Source of the DNA: Mustelus asterias
Lineage: Eukaryota
Direction of reading: 5' to 3'
Assembly: GCF_964213995.1 (NCBI RefSeq)
Contig: NW_027590987.1
Location: 62,001 to 126,000 of the forward strand
DNA: 64,000 nt
Position numbers and translations under genes: made by a program. The notes beneath the pieces were generated by a model. That model was given only the letters and a program-made list of their open reading frames with translations. It had not been told where the DNA came from and made no database searches. This document shows positions 51,166-62,666 of this stretch, piece by piece (position 1 is the first letter of the stretch; every line of letters starts with the position of its first letter).

Positions 51166-52153
51166 ACTGGAAGTCCCTTCCTAACAGCACTGTGGGTGTA
51201 CGTACACCTCAGGCATTTCAGCAGTTCAAGAAGGCACCCTTGGGGTTGGGGTTGACCATGGCCAAGGCAGCTACATACAGCCACATATTCTGTTATAATT
51301 GAAGGACTGCAGATTGAATGTGAGGCATTGTGGGACTGGACTATCTTGACCATATTCCTGTGACTGCCCGGAAACTCATGTGTCTATTTTAGTTTATAAT
51401 TGAGGATTTCTGGGAATAAGTTAAATGGGGAAATATTAAGCACAGCCTGGAGGAATTTGGAATAACTGAGTATTTTATCCCCAGATAAAGAACAAAGATT
51501 TTGCCGGTGTTTGGGAGTAACGTGTTTGGGATTTTAAATCAACAAAAGATGTTGCCTCGAACATCAGTCTTTGTAAGTTGGCTTAAAAAAGGTTAAGTTA
51601 TAATGAAGGATCTTGTATCTTATTTTAATCAAGGAGTTGTGAGCTTGTAGTGCTCTGTCGCTTTAAGAAGCTATAGCTGCGAGAGAGAATGCTGAGGATT
51701 CATTGTTTGAAATTTACGAGCTGTGAGAATCTATGTGTTTTGTTTGTTTTCTGTGGATGTTTGTAGATGTGTTTTATTATTGTTTTGGGCTACATTTGTT
51801 AAGGTTTATCTTTCTGGGGAATTAACCTTACCTTGAGTCTTTAATTAAAGGCATTTTTGGAAGTTTAAAAACAGGATCACAAGAACGCTTAAGTAATTTT
51901 GATTATTGTTGTTGTAAAGCACATGCTAAGTTTCTCTGTTTGTGTATGGATGATATTTGTGGGTTGAATGCTTCAAGCTTTCAGGTTTTCTGTCTGTGAT
52001 TTAAATCAAACATATTTTTTAAAAAGGAAGTGTGATTCATAAAACTTTTTTTGTTCAGAAGTTATGAACCTGGAGCCATATTTACTGTCCAGAGACAGGA
52101 TTCCAGGATATTTTACGAAACGTGGGAATTTTAATCCGGAAACAATTCACCCA

Positions 52154-53007
52154 TGTGAGAATGAGAGTTTTAATTTGTAATAGTTATTTAAAATTTGACA
52201 CATGTGAAATGATTCTGACCAATCCTGTGTTGGATTGATCTTGGGTTAAACTTCCTGTCAGGTCCAAAGATTTATTCCTGATGCAAGTAACACAAAGAAA
52301 AGGAAAATTCTGGAATTGGATACTGAAGAAAAGAGTTTGAAAAGAGAGAGTATTAAATAGAAATGTTCCCAGACTGAAGGAGGAAAAATATACAGATGGG
52401 TACACGTAAGATGGTTGCCTGGCACACAAACAGTCACCTGGGAAAGAAACATTAAACGGACACTGACTTTCAGTACAAACAGCCACCTGAGATTAAAACA
52501 TAAAGGACAGACAGCTATCCAAAGTTAAACATGCAGGAATCAAATCCTACAGGAAGCCAGCCAGGGCTTAAAGATAAGGACAATAGGGATAGATAATAAA
52601 ATAACGACAGGTGGGATCAGGAATACATAACTGCAGGGAAACCAATTACTGTAAACTACTGTATGAATGGACCGAAACTAAAGTCATTGATCATCACTGA
52701 CGTAGGAAATGTATCCATTCATAGAACAATGCGATGTTAACATGCTTATGTCTGTATTTGTCGATAACGATGTGTTTAATGATCAATCACCTACTTGATT
52801 ACAATGATGTGATAATGGCTAGATGTCCGGTCCATCTATTGTGTAAAGGGTATAAAGATGGACCGCTCCTATTGTCTCATTGAGAGAAGGTAGCTGTCAA
52901 GAAGCACTGCGGAGTGCCAGTGCCTTTTCTCCACGAAGCTTCGTTAAATAAAACTGTATTGTTGAAACCTTCAAGCCTGACTCACAAGTGGCATTTTTCC
53001 CACAACA
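52154..53007 (+). mobile_element. Putative solo LTR
   Basis: TGTGAGAA...TTCCCACA terminal inverted match, TATAAA near 52851, AATAAA near 52948; no clear TSD. Confidence 0.5.
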
Positions 53008-53874
53008 CAGACCATGTGGTCATTAGATTAAAACAAAGGAACGGTGCTGACGTCCAGTTGAGAACTTTTAATCCACCCCATTTCTAACTAAGGGAGTCTA
53101 TGTACAAAGAAAGCCCAAGAAAGACCCCCCAAGGGGGGTCTGGAAAGCATCATGATGGGGGCACCTGTCCATGAGATGATCACAAAGCCCCATAATGCCC
53201 AGATACTAATTTTATTGAACCTATAATGTATGTAATCTATCACCATTCTGATTGGATTGTGTCCAGCCGGGATGAGCTGAGTAACTGTATAAGAATTGAT
53301 GATATTCTTTGTTGGGTGGAGTTGCACATGGTCAGCCCCTGTGGCTTCTCCTCGCTGGCGTAACTCAATAAACTGTTTGTCGATTGAATCAGGCACAACA
53401 CACTGGGTACAGCTTGCTGGGTGACAAACACAGGACAGACTTGTTCTCTCTATCCAGGACATGTCTCTGTCATAAACCCTGACACAAGACATTTCTAAAC
53501 CGGATAAGGTTGGATCTTATGACCTGGACTTTAACCAAATGTCTGAGTGAAGGTTAAACAGGCTCGAGAGGGAAAATCACTTTAGACAGGAAAGAGTTTT
53601 TCAAAGTGATCCGTGCTGGATTCAGACAGACACCAAACACTTTGACTGGATCCAGAGGAGTGAGATCCGAAGAGACCGTCACCTCCAGCTGCAGAGATCA
53701 GCTTCATCCGTCCGAGTGTCTGATCTGGGACCAGGAAACCATTCCGGGGAGACTGTCACCTCCAAACACAGAGCTCAGCATCCCGCTGATCCGGGATCAG
53801 TAAACTGTTCTCACTTGTTATGGGTCATTTGTCTTGTCTGCCTATTTAACTGATGTACCATTTTTTTTTAAAAA

Positions 53875-54500
53875 TTGATTTATTACTGTCACATGTATTA
53901 GTAAACAGTGAAAAGTACTTTTTCTTGCGCTATACAGACAAAGCATGACGTTAATAGAGAAGGAAAAGAGAAGGTACCAAATGTAGTCTTACAACCATAG
54001 CTCGGGTGCAGAGAAACGTCAACTTAACGTAAGTTAGGTCCATTCAAAAGTCTGACAGCAGCAGGGAAGAAGCTGCTCTTGAGTCGGTTGGAAGGTGACC
54101 TCAGATTTTTGTATTTTTTCCCTGACTGAAGGAGGAAAAGAGTATGTCTGGGGTGTGTGGGGTCCTTGATTATGCTGGCTGCTTTGCCGAGGCAGAGGGA
54201 AGTGTAGACAGAGTCGATGGATGGGAGGCTGGTTTGCGTGATAGACTGGGTTTCAGACACAACCCTTTGGAGTTTATTGTGGTCTTGGTCAGAGCAGGAG
54301 CCATATCAAGCTGTAATACATTCTCAGAGGATGCTTTCTATGGTGCAGCTGTAAATGTTGGTGAGAGTCGTAGCAGACATGCGAATTTCCTTAGCCTCCT
54401 GAGAAAGTAGAGGCGTTGGTGGGCTTTCTTAACTGTAGCGTCAGCATGGAGGGACCAGGACGGGTTGTTGGTGATCTGGACACCTAAAAACTTGAAGCTT
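53875..54500 (-). mobile_element. Rex1/Babar-like LINE 3' end
   Basis: LPSIDSVYTSLCLGKAASIIKDPTHP..RLKSSFFPAAVRLLN. Confidence 0.85.
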
Positions 54501-54789
54501 TCATAACTGTTGCTTCTGAATAAAATGTTTCAAAATCACCAATGACACCGACCCCCTTTTTGGGTAATCTCTGACTCCTGGACTAAAATCTTAGTTTCCA
54601 GCATTCACCGTTGTTTTTCCTGACTCTAAACCCAGTTGTAAAGGAGCTTCTGTTCCATGTCTCGGAGCTCTGAACTGTGGAAGAGAGTGGCTGGAACACA
54701 TTTCTTACACACCTTAGGATTAACCCATACATTCAGTCCTCAATATGATTAACAGCAGCAAAAGCAGCTGAATTCAACCCCTACAGACA

Positions 54790-55715
54790 CTCATGAAGTT
54801 ATTGGTGTCTCAGCATTTGCTGTAAGTCAGTGGATCTACTCCCGCACTCGGAACAGGTGAACAGTTTCTCCCCTGTATGAACTTGCTGGTGTATCATTTG
54901 ACCATTGCAGAACTTTTAAAGTTCTGCTCCTAATCAAAACATATAAAATGTTTAATATCAGAGTGAATTTGCTGATGTTTCAGTAGGTTGTATGACTGAG
55001 TGAAGCCCTTCCCACACACACAGCAGGTGAACGGCCTCTCCCCAGTGTGAATTCGCTGGTGCATCATGAGACCATTGCTGCTTTTAAAGCTCTGCTCACA
55101 GTCAAAACATTGAAAAGGTTTTATATCGGAGTGAATTTGCTGGTGTTTCAGCAGGTGGTATGATTGAATGAAGTTCTTCCCACACACAGAGCAGGTGAAT
55201 GGTCTCTCTCCAGTGTGAAGTCGCTGGTGTACAGTGAGTTCAGATGATCGCCTGAAGCCAGTCCCACAGTGAGAGCATCTGAAAGGTCTCTCGTCAGTGT
55301 GAACACGTTGATGACATGTCACTTCACCGGAGGTTTTAAAGCACTTCCCGCAGTCTGGACATTTAAAGGGTCTCTTGTCAGTGTGAACTCGCTGGTGTTT
55401 CTGCAGGTTGGATGTAGCAGTGAATCGCTTCCCACACAAGGAGCAGGTGAATGGCTTCTCCTCACTGTGAATGTGTTGGTGCCTCAGCAGATACTTTTTG
55501 CTTTTAAATGTTTTCTCACAGTCAGAACATTTGAAAGGAGTCTGATCAGTGTGAACATACTGGTGTGTCAGCAGGCTGGACGACTGAGTGAATCCCTTCC
55601 CACAGGTGGAGCAGATGAACGGCCTCTCCCCAGTGTGAGCGCGTCGATGCATTTCCAGATCAGAAGGGTAACTGTATCGTTTCCCACAATCCCCACATTT
55701 CCACAGTTTCTCCAT
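54790..55715 (-). pseudogene. C2H2 ZNF, 9 intact fingers then premature stop at 54930 and 2 decayed fingers; could still encode 261 aa
   Basis: ATG 55715 MEKLWKC; TAG inside finger 10; leader cut by a LINE fragment near 56000, so it has no splice acceptor of its own. Confidence 0.65.
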
Positions 55716-56383
55716 GGTGCCGGTGTCCTTGTGTCTCTCCAGGTTGGACAATCAGTTGAAGACTTGTCCACACACAGAACCTGTGTACGGTTTCTCCCCG
55801 CTGTGAATGGTGTGGTGTTTTTTCAGGCCGTGTAACTGGTTGAAGCTCTTTCCACAGTTGGTTCACTGGAACACCCTCACTCAGGTGTGTGTGTGTCTCG
55901 GTGCTTTTCCAGTCACACTGATGTTTTAAACCTTTTCCCACAGACAGAACAGGCGGACATTTCTCCTTTCACATTCAAAGGCCAATGATATTCAGGTTCT
56001 AAAGAATGATGGTGGTGAGCTAGTTTCTTGAACCGCAATAAGTCCTGGGGTGTAAGTGCACCAACAGTGCTATTTGGAATGAAATTTCAGGATTTTGTGC
56101 CAGTAACAGTGAAGGATGGTCAAAAATATTTCAAAGTCAGGGTGGTGAAGAATTGGAGGTGAACTTCCAGGAGACGGTGTTCTTGGATCAAGGGAAAACA
56201 TCACAGATGGTGCTTTCAAACAGGGACTTTACAGCTCTGAAAATCTGCAACACAGCCCAGATATTTAAGAGCTAGCCAGTTATAGAGTTTGTTAAGATCA
56301 GCAGGAGCAAGCCAAATATTATCAGATTATCAGTATCAAATGTGATTAACAGCAGCAAAAATAACAGAATCCAACTAGTACAG

Positions 56384-57058
56384 TTACTTATGAATTCGCT
56401 GGTGTGTCAGCAGGTTAGATGGCTGAGTGAATCCTTTCCCACACACAGAGCAGGTGAATGGCCTCTCCCCAGTGTGAGTGCGTTGGTGTATCACTAGGTT
56501 AAAGGACTTTATGAATCCCTTCCCACACATGGAGCAGGTGAATGGCCTCTCCCCTGTGTGAGTTCGCTGGTGTATCAGCAGGTTGGATGGGTGAGTGTAT
56601 TCCTTCCCACATACAGAGCACGTGAACGGTTTCTTCCCCGAATGAACTCTCTGGTGGGCAATGAGATTGGGTGAAGACCTGAACCTCTTTCCACAATTGG
56701 TGCAGCTGAACGGCCTCTCCTCACTGTGGGTTTGCTGGTGTTCCAGCAGATGGGAGGATCGAGTGAATCCCTTCCCACACTCGGAACAGCTGAATGGTCT
56801 CTCCCCGGTGTGAACTCGCTGGTGTGCAGTGAGGTTGGATGAAGACTTGAACCTCTTTCCACAGGAAGTGCAGCTGAACGGCCTCTCCTCAGTGTGAGTT
56901 TGTTGATGTGACTGGAAACAGGACAACTGAGTGAATCCTTTCCCACACACAAAGCAGGTGAATGGCTTCTCCCGAGTATGAATGCGTCGATGATTTTCCA
57001 ACAGGGATGGATACTTGAAACCTTTACCACATTCCTCACATTTCCATGGTTTCTCCAT
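56384..57058 (-). CDS. C2H2 ZNF protein, 8 fingers, 224 aa
   Basis: Intact MEKPWKC ORF, 8 x 28 aa. Confidence 0.92.
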   Translation of the reverse strand: MEKPWKCEECGKGFKYPSLLENHRRIHTREKPFTCFVCGKGFTQLSCFQSHQQTHTEERPFSCTSCGKRFKSSSNLTAHQRVHTGERPFSCSECGKGFTRSSHLLEHQQTHSEERPFSCTNCGKRFRSSPNLIAHQRVHSGKKPFTCSVCGKEYTHPSNLLIHQRTHTGERPFTCSMCGKGFIKSFNLVIHQRTHTGERPFTCSVCGKGFTQPSNLLTHQRIHK

Positions 57059-57564
57059 GTTGTCGGTGTCCTTGTGTCTCTCCAGGTTGGATGATCAGAT
57101 GAAACCTTGTCCACACACACAACACGTGTACAGTTTCTCCCTGCTGCAAATGGTGTGATGTTCTTTCAGGCTGTGCAAAGCTCTTTCCAGTCAGTTCACT
57201 GGAACACTCTCAGTTGGGTGTGTGTGTGTGTCTCAGTGCTTTCCCAGTCACACTGACGTTTGAAAACTTTTCCCACAGACAGAACAAACATTTCTCATCC
57301 ACAGTGTAAGGTTGATGATATTCAGATCCTGATGAATCAAGTGATTCTGTTAAAACTTGATGTGATGTTTGGTCTGAGACTTTTGTCTGCAAATTCTCCC
57401 TTCTAACACCCTGCAAAAGAAATTCAGGAAAATGATATGAAGTATGGATAGAAACTCCGAACAGACAATTCTTGTTTCTCTGGAACATTTTTCCTCTCTT
57501 GTTCCCCCAAATCTGTAAATCCCCGTCACACACACTCTCCCTCCTCCCTGGGCTGAAATCCAAA

Positions 57565-57676
57565 TGTGGAAATGCCGACGTTGGACTGGGGTAAACACAG
57601 TAAGAAGTTTAACAACACCAGGTTAAAAGGCCATTCACCTGTGTGTCTATTTAACCTGATGTTGTTAAACTTCTTA
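57565..57676. mobile_element. Short fold-back Penelope-end insertion with 12-bp direct repeat
   Basis: CTGAAATCCAAA at 57553 and 57677; 30-bp inverted arms CAGTAAGAAGTTTAACAACACCAGGTTAAA; empty site near 43204. Confidence 0.75.
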
Positions 57677-57703
57677 CTGAAATCCAAACCCATCTCACCA
57701 TTT

Positions 57704-58029
57704 AATCATAGAAACCCTACAGTGCAGAAGGAGGCCATTCAGCCCATCGAGTCTGCACTGACCACAATCCCACCCAGGCCCTACCCCCACATATTTACCC
57801 GCTAATCCCTCTCACCTACTCATCTCAGGATTCTAAGGGGCAATTTTTAGCATGGCCAATCAACCTAAGCCGCACATCTTTGGACTGTGGGAGGAAACCG
57901 GAGCACCCGGAGGAAACCCACGCAGACATGGGGAGAATGTGCAAACTCCACACAGACAGTGGCCCAAGCCAGGAATCGAACCCAGGTCCCTGGAGCTGTG
58001 AAGCAGCAGTGCTAACCATTGTGCTACCG
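57704..58029 (-). mobile_element. Near full-length HE1-like SINE
   Basis: Same as the 39621 copy; absent from the paralogous intron near 43230. Confidence 0.95.
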
Positions 58030-58074
58030 GTCCACTCCCAGTTTTCTCCCTCCCTCTCCTCTGTCTGGGTTCAG

Positions 58075-58956
58075 TTCTCCAGCTCCTGTCTGCAGACTGA
58101 CAATAAAACCAATGGGTCTTATTGGGGGTGTTGGAGCCTCCAGCGGGTGTTTGTGAATCCTCCCCGCCCACCTCCCAGGGTTTCCTTCCTTCCCAGAGAT
58201 CAGAGTCCTCATTGATTTGAGGCCAAAGTGTAACCTCTTATTTATTGTCCCCCTCCCCCATCCTCTGATGTGAACCATCCTCCAGTGGCTGAGCCAGGAT
58301 GGGGCCGTTAACCTGGGCCTGTTCCCGGGAGGGAGGGAGGGAGAAGCCCCGCAGCTGCAAACCAGGGAGCTGACAATGATTCTGATGGGTTTGCGGATCC
58401 ACAAAGTGTTTCCAAATCCTCCCAGCCACCGCCTAACGCTGACTCCGCTTCTCCGGGACAAACAAGCGCCAAGGACAGCAATGACACTGCGCATGCTCCA
58501 CATCACAATGCTTGGGGACTGATTGACGGCAGCTCCGGACCAATAGGAAGAGGGGGCGGGGCTGGAGGACCAAGCGGGAGCGGCTGGTCCTCCAACCAAT
58601 CGGAGTGAATGAGGGGCGGGGCTGGAGGACCGAGCGGGAGTGGCTGGTCCTCCAACCAATCGGAGTGAATGAGGGGCAGGAAGTGCGGGTAATGGCGACG
58701 GACAGACGGCCGGTTTTATCTTGGAAACGAGATCAATACGAGGTAGCGGGCGGCGTGCGGGGAATGATAAATGTGGCGGGTGGGTGGAGAGACTTTGTAA
58801 ACATGTTGTTCAAACCCAAACCCCGGAAATGAACTTCCCGGTCCCCCCCTTTGTACCAAATGGAGCGGCAGCTGGTAGTGTTAGACCCGGGCTGACTGCC
58901 GCCATTGAGGCTGCATGTGGGAGGCCGGCAGGGATTGTGATCGGAGAGTGAAGCCC
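58075..58956. promoter_or_regulatory. Bidirectional CpG-island promoter between the 56384 (-) and 61331 (+) ZNFs
   Basis: Near-identical to 43570-44463; 60-bp GC-box/palindrome/CCAAT unit x2. Confidence 0.8.
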
Positions 58957-59234
58957 TGACGTCACAATGGGATGGGTGAGAGTGTGAGGTCACAATGGAA
59001 TGGGTGAGAGATTGACGTCACAATGGAATGGGTGGGAGTGTGACGTCACAATGGAATGGGTGAGGGTGTGACATCACAATGGAATGGGTGAGGGTGTGAC
59101 ATCACAATGGAATGGGTGAGGGTGTGACGTCACATGGAATGGGTGAGAGTGTGACGTCACAATGGAATGGGTGAGGGTGTGACGTCACAATGAAATGGGT
59201 GAGGGTGTGATGTCACAATAGAATGGGTGAGGGT
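58957..59234. repeat. 28-bp CRE-containing minisatellite x10
   Basis: Ten units counted directly; 6 keep a perfect TGACGTCA. Confidence 0.95.
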
Positions 59235-59282
59235 TCCAGATGAGCTGAGACTGGGCTGGAGTCGGGCGATGGCACTGACATG

Positions 59283-59580
59283 TGGCCCGGTGGCACAGTG
59301 GTTAGTGCAGCTGCCTAACAGCGCCAGGGACCCGGGTTCAATTCCAGCCTCGGGTCGCTGTCTGTGCAGAGTTTCTACATTCTCCCCGTGTCTGCGTGGG
59401 TTTCCTCCGGGTGTTCCGGTTTCCTTCCACAGTCCAAGGATGTGCCGGTTCGACGGATTGGCCATGATAAATTGCCACTTGGTATCAGGGGGATTAACAG
59501 GTAAATATGTGGATAGGGCCTGGATGGGATTGTTGTCGGTGCAGGCTCGATGGGCTGAATGGCCTCCTTCTATACTGTAT
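59283..59580 (+). mobile_element. Older HE1-like SINE
   Basis: TGGCACAGTGG A box, GGTTCAATTCC B box, V-like core. Confidence 0.88.
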
Positions 59581-60324
59581 TTTATTATTCATTACTTTTA
59601 ATTAATTACTATTAATGCTTCTATGAATGAAGGTGGTCTTGATGATGATGTGGACATGTGGCTGGAAGCTCATCTTGGGATGAACTATTTCACCCTGGTT
59701 GTCAACAGTGTGGTTCAGCCTCAGACAGTTGCCAGGAGGAGAGATAAAGTTGTTGGCGAGGGAGTGGAGTTTGTAGTGGGGACTGAACACAATGGGTTCA
59801 GTCTTCCCAGTATTTATATGAAATAAATTTCTGTTCTTTCAGTACTGGATGTCAGACAAGTCAGGATGGTGTGTGGGTTGGAGAGGAGCTTGGAGCTCAT
59901 GGTGTTCACAGGGTTTGGAAATTCTGTCAAAGTTCCTGTTGAGTTGTAGATGTATAAAATCTCTCTCCTCACCTCCGGCCTCTCCTACTTCTCTCTGTTT
60001 CCACTCAGAGTGTGGAGATGCCGGCGTTGGACTGTGGTAAGCACAGTAAGAAGTCTCACAACACCAGGTGAGAATCCATTGATATGGATGGAGATTTACA
60101 ACTTTTTGGGAATGAAATAGGAAAGAATGTTCTATAGAAACTAGAATTGTCTGCTCTGAATTTCTATCCTATACTGATTGTGATGACTTTTGCAAACTCA
60201 TTTCACAGGATTTTCAATGAGGAATCACAGGCAAAAATCTCAACGCCACGTCTAGACAGAGTCATATTCCTTGGGATCTGAATATCTTGTAATATGGAAC
60301 TGTAGCTACGTTATATATTTCCAG

Positions 60325-60740
60325 ACATCTCTTCCCTCAGAGGGTTGTGAGTCTTTTGGATTTCTCTTCTACAGGGACCAGTGGAGGCTGAGATTCATTG
60401 AATATATTCCAGTTAGACAGATCTTTGACTGACAAGGGTGTCAAGGGTTATGGGGAAAAGAAGATTTTGGAGCAAAAGCTAATATGTGGGGGGATTTCTT
60501 CACTGAAGGGTGTGGTAAAGCTTTGGAATTCTCAACCCCTGAGGACAGTGAAGCCTCAGTCATTAACTATTTTCAAGAGCGAGATTGATTGGTTTCTAGA
60601 TATTGAAGGTATCAAGGGACATGGGTTTAGTGCGGGGAGAATGATGCTGAGGTAGATGAACGAATTATCTCATTGAATAGTTTAAAAGGCTCGATGGGCC
60701 AAATGGCCGACTGCAGCTCCTATTTGTTCTGGTCTCTGTG
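60325..60740 (+). mobile_element. Two old CR1 3' ends in tandem
   Basis: CTCAGAGGGTTGTGAGTC and VVKLWNSQP..FKSEIDWFL. Confidence 0.7.
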
Positions 60741-61330
60741 TCCAGGACAGGAAGCAGTGAGCATGGATCTGTCAATCAGCCTCAATCAGCACCTTCAGGA
60801 GAATTGGGAGGGTGAATATTAGATACAGCAGAGTGAGAATGGAGGGAGAGTGTGTGGGATGGAGATTTACAGCTTTTTGGGACTGAAATAGGAAAGAATG
60901 TTCCATGGAAACTAGAATTGCGTGTTCTGAATTTCTATCCTGTACTGACACTGATGACCTTTGTAAACTCGTTTTACAGGATATTGAAAGAGGAATCACA
61001 GACTGAAATCTCAAACGTCACGTCTAGATCTGACAGAGTTATATTCCTTGGGAGCTGAATATCATCGGCCTTTGAATCTAGAAGGAGAAATGGTTGTCCG
61101 GTCTGTCGATTTGAAAAGATTTCAAACATCAGTGTAACTGGACAAGCACCAACACACTGCCACACTCGAGTGAGAGTCTTCCAGTGCACTGACTAAAGAG
61201 CTTCAACCAGTTACACAGCCTGAATAAATATCACACCATTCACAGCAGGGAGAGACTGTACCCGTGTTCTGTGTGTGGACAAGGCTTCAACTGATTGTCC
61301 ACCTAAGACAGAGGCAAGGACACCTGCACC

Positions 61331-62341
61331 ATGGAGAAACCATGGAAATGTGCAGACTGTGGGAAGAGATACAGAGTCCCATCTCTGCTGGAAGCTCATC
61401 GGCGCAGCCACACTGGGGAGAGACCATTCACCTGCTCTCAGTGTGGGAAGGGATTCACTCGGTCATCTGACCTGCAGACACACCAGCGAGTTCACACTGG
61501 GGAGAGACCGTTCACCTGCTCTCAGTGTGGGGAGGGATTCACTCAGTCATCCCACCTGCAGAGACACCAGCGAGTTCACACTGGAGAGAGACCATTCACC
61601 TGCTCTCAGTGTGGGGAGGGATTCACTCAGTCATCCAGCCTGCAGGCACACCAGCGAGTTCACACTGGGGAGACGCCATTCAGCTGCTCTCAGTGTGGGA
61701 AGGGATTCACTTGTTCATCCCACCTGCGGAGGCACCAGCGAGTTCACACGGGGGAGAGACCATTTACGTGTTCTCAGTGTGGGGAGGGATTCACTCAGTC
61801 ATCCAGCCTGCGGACACACCAGCGAGTTCACACTGGGGAGAGGCCATTCAGCTGCTCTCAGTGTGGGAAGGGATTCACTTGTTCATCCAGCCTGCAGACA
61901 CACCAGCGAGTTCACACTGGGGAGAGACCATTCAGCTGTGCTCAGTGTGGGAAGGGATTCACTCAGTTATCCAACCTGCAGAAACACCAGCGAGTTCATA
62001 CTGGGGAGAGACCGTTCAGCTGCTCTCAGTGTGGGGAGGGATTCACTTGTTCATCCAGCCTGCAGACACACCAGCGAGTTCACACTAGGGAGAGACCATT
62101 CAGCTGCTCTCAGTGTGGGGAGGGATTCTGTGATCCATCCAGTCTGCGGAGGCACCAGCGAGTTCACACTGGGGAGAGACCATTCACCTGCTCTGATTGT
62201 GGCAAGGGATTCAGTCAATCATCCAACCTGGTAAAGCACCAGCGAATTCACACTGGGGACAGGCCATTCACCTGCTCCGTGTGTGGGAAGGGATTCACTC
62301 AGTCACCTCACCTGCTGAAACACCATCATGTTCACGAGTGA
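61331..62341 (+). CDS. C2H2 ZNF protein, 12 fingers, 336 aa; paralog of 45926
   Basis: Intact [15 protein letters not shown], 12 x 28 aa. Confidence 0.94.
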   Translation: MEKPWKCADCGKRYRVPSLLEAHRRSHTGERPFTCSQCGKGFTRSSDLQTHQRVHTGERPFTCSQCGEGFTQSSHLQRHQRVHTGERPFTCSQCGEGFTQSSSLQAHQRVHTGETPFSCSQCGKGFTCSSHLRRHQRVHTGERPFTCSQCGEGFTQSSSLRTHQRVHTGERPFSCSQCGKGFTCSSSLQTHQRVHTGERPFSCAQCGKGFTQLSNLQKHQRVHTGERPFSCSQCGEGFTCSSSLQTHQRVHTRERPFSCSQCGEGFCDPSSLRRHQRVHTGERPFTCSDCGKGFSQSSNLVKHQRIHTGDRPFTCSVCGKGFTQSPHLLKHHHVHE

Positions 62342-62486
62342 CTGCAAGGACTGAATTTTGCTGTTAATCTCATCGAGGTCCCAACCATTTTCATTGGTGT
62401 CTGTTTCTGCTGATGTTAATAAACCCTGGCCCAGTTGTAAGATTTGTATTGTGGATTGTCTTGTCTGAGTCCTGAACTCGGAAATA

Positions 62487-62650
62487 AAAACAAGAAGTGC
62501 TGTAAAAACTCAGCAGGTCTGACAGCATCTCTGGAGAGAGAAACAGAGCTAATGTTTTGACACTGAAGAAGAGTCACATTCAACTGGAAACATTAACTGT
62601 TCCTGTCTTTACAGATACTGTCAGACTTACTGAGATTTTGCAGCAGTTTT
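62487..62650. mobile_element. Fold-back Penelope-type repeat
   Basis: CTCAGCAGGTCTGACAGCATCT / AGATACTGTCAGACTTACTGAG arms around CTGAAGA..GAAAC. Confidence 0.65.
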
Positions 62651-62666
62651 TAGAATGACGGTGAAT

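Noticed and set aside
53088-53492. 134-aa Cys-containing hydrophobic ORF as an env-like protein
   Set aside because: No recognisable motif; the opposite strand looks more like an LTR
58957-59234. CRISPR-like appearance of the 28-bp arrays
   Set aside because: Contiguous tandem units without unique spacers, eukaryotic context, no cas genes
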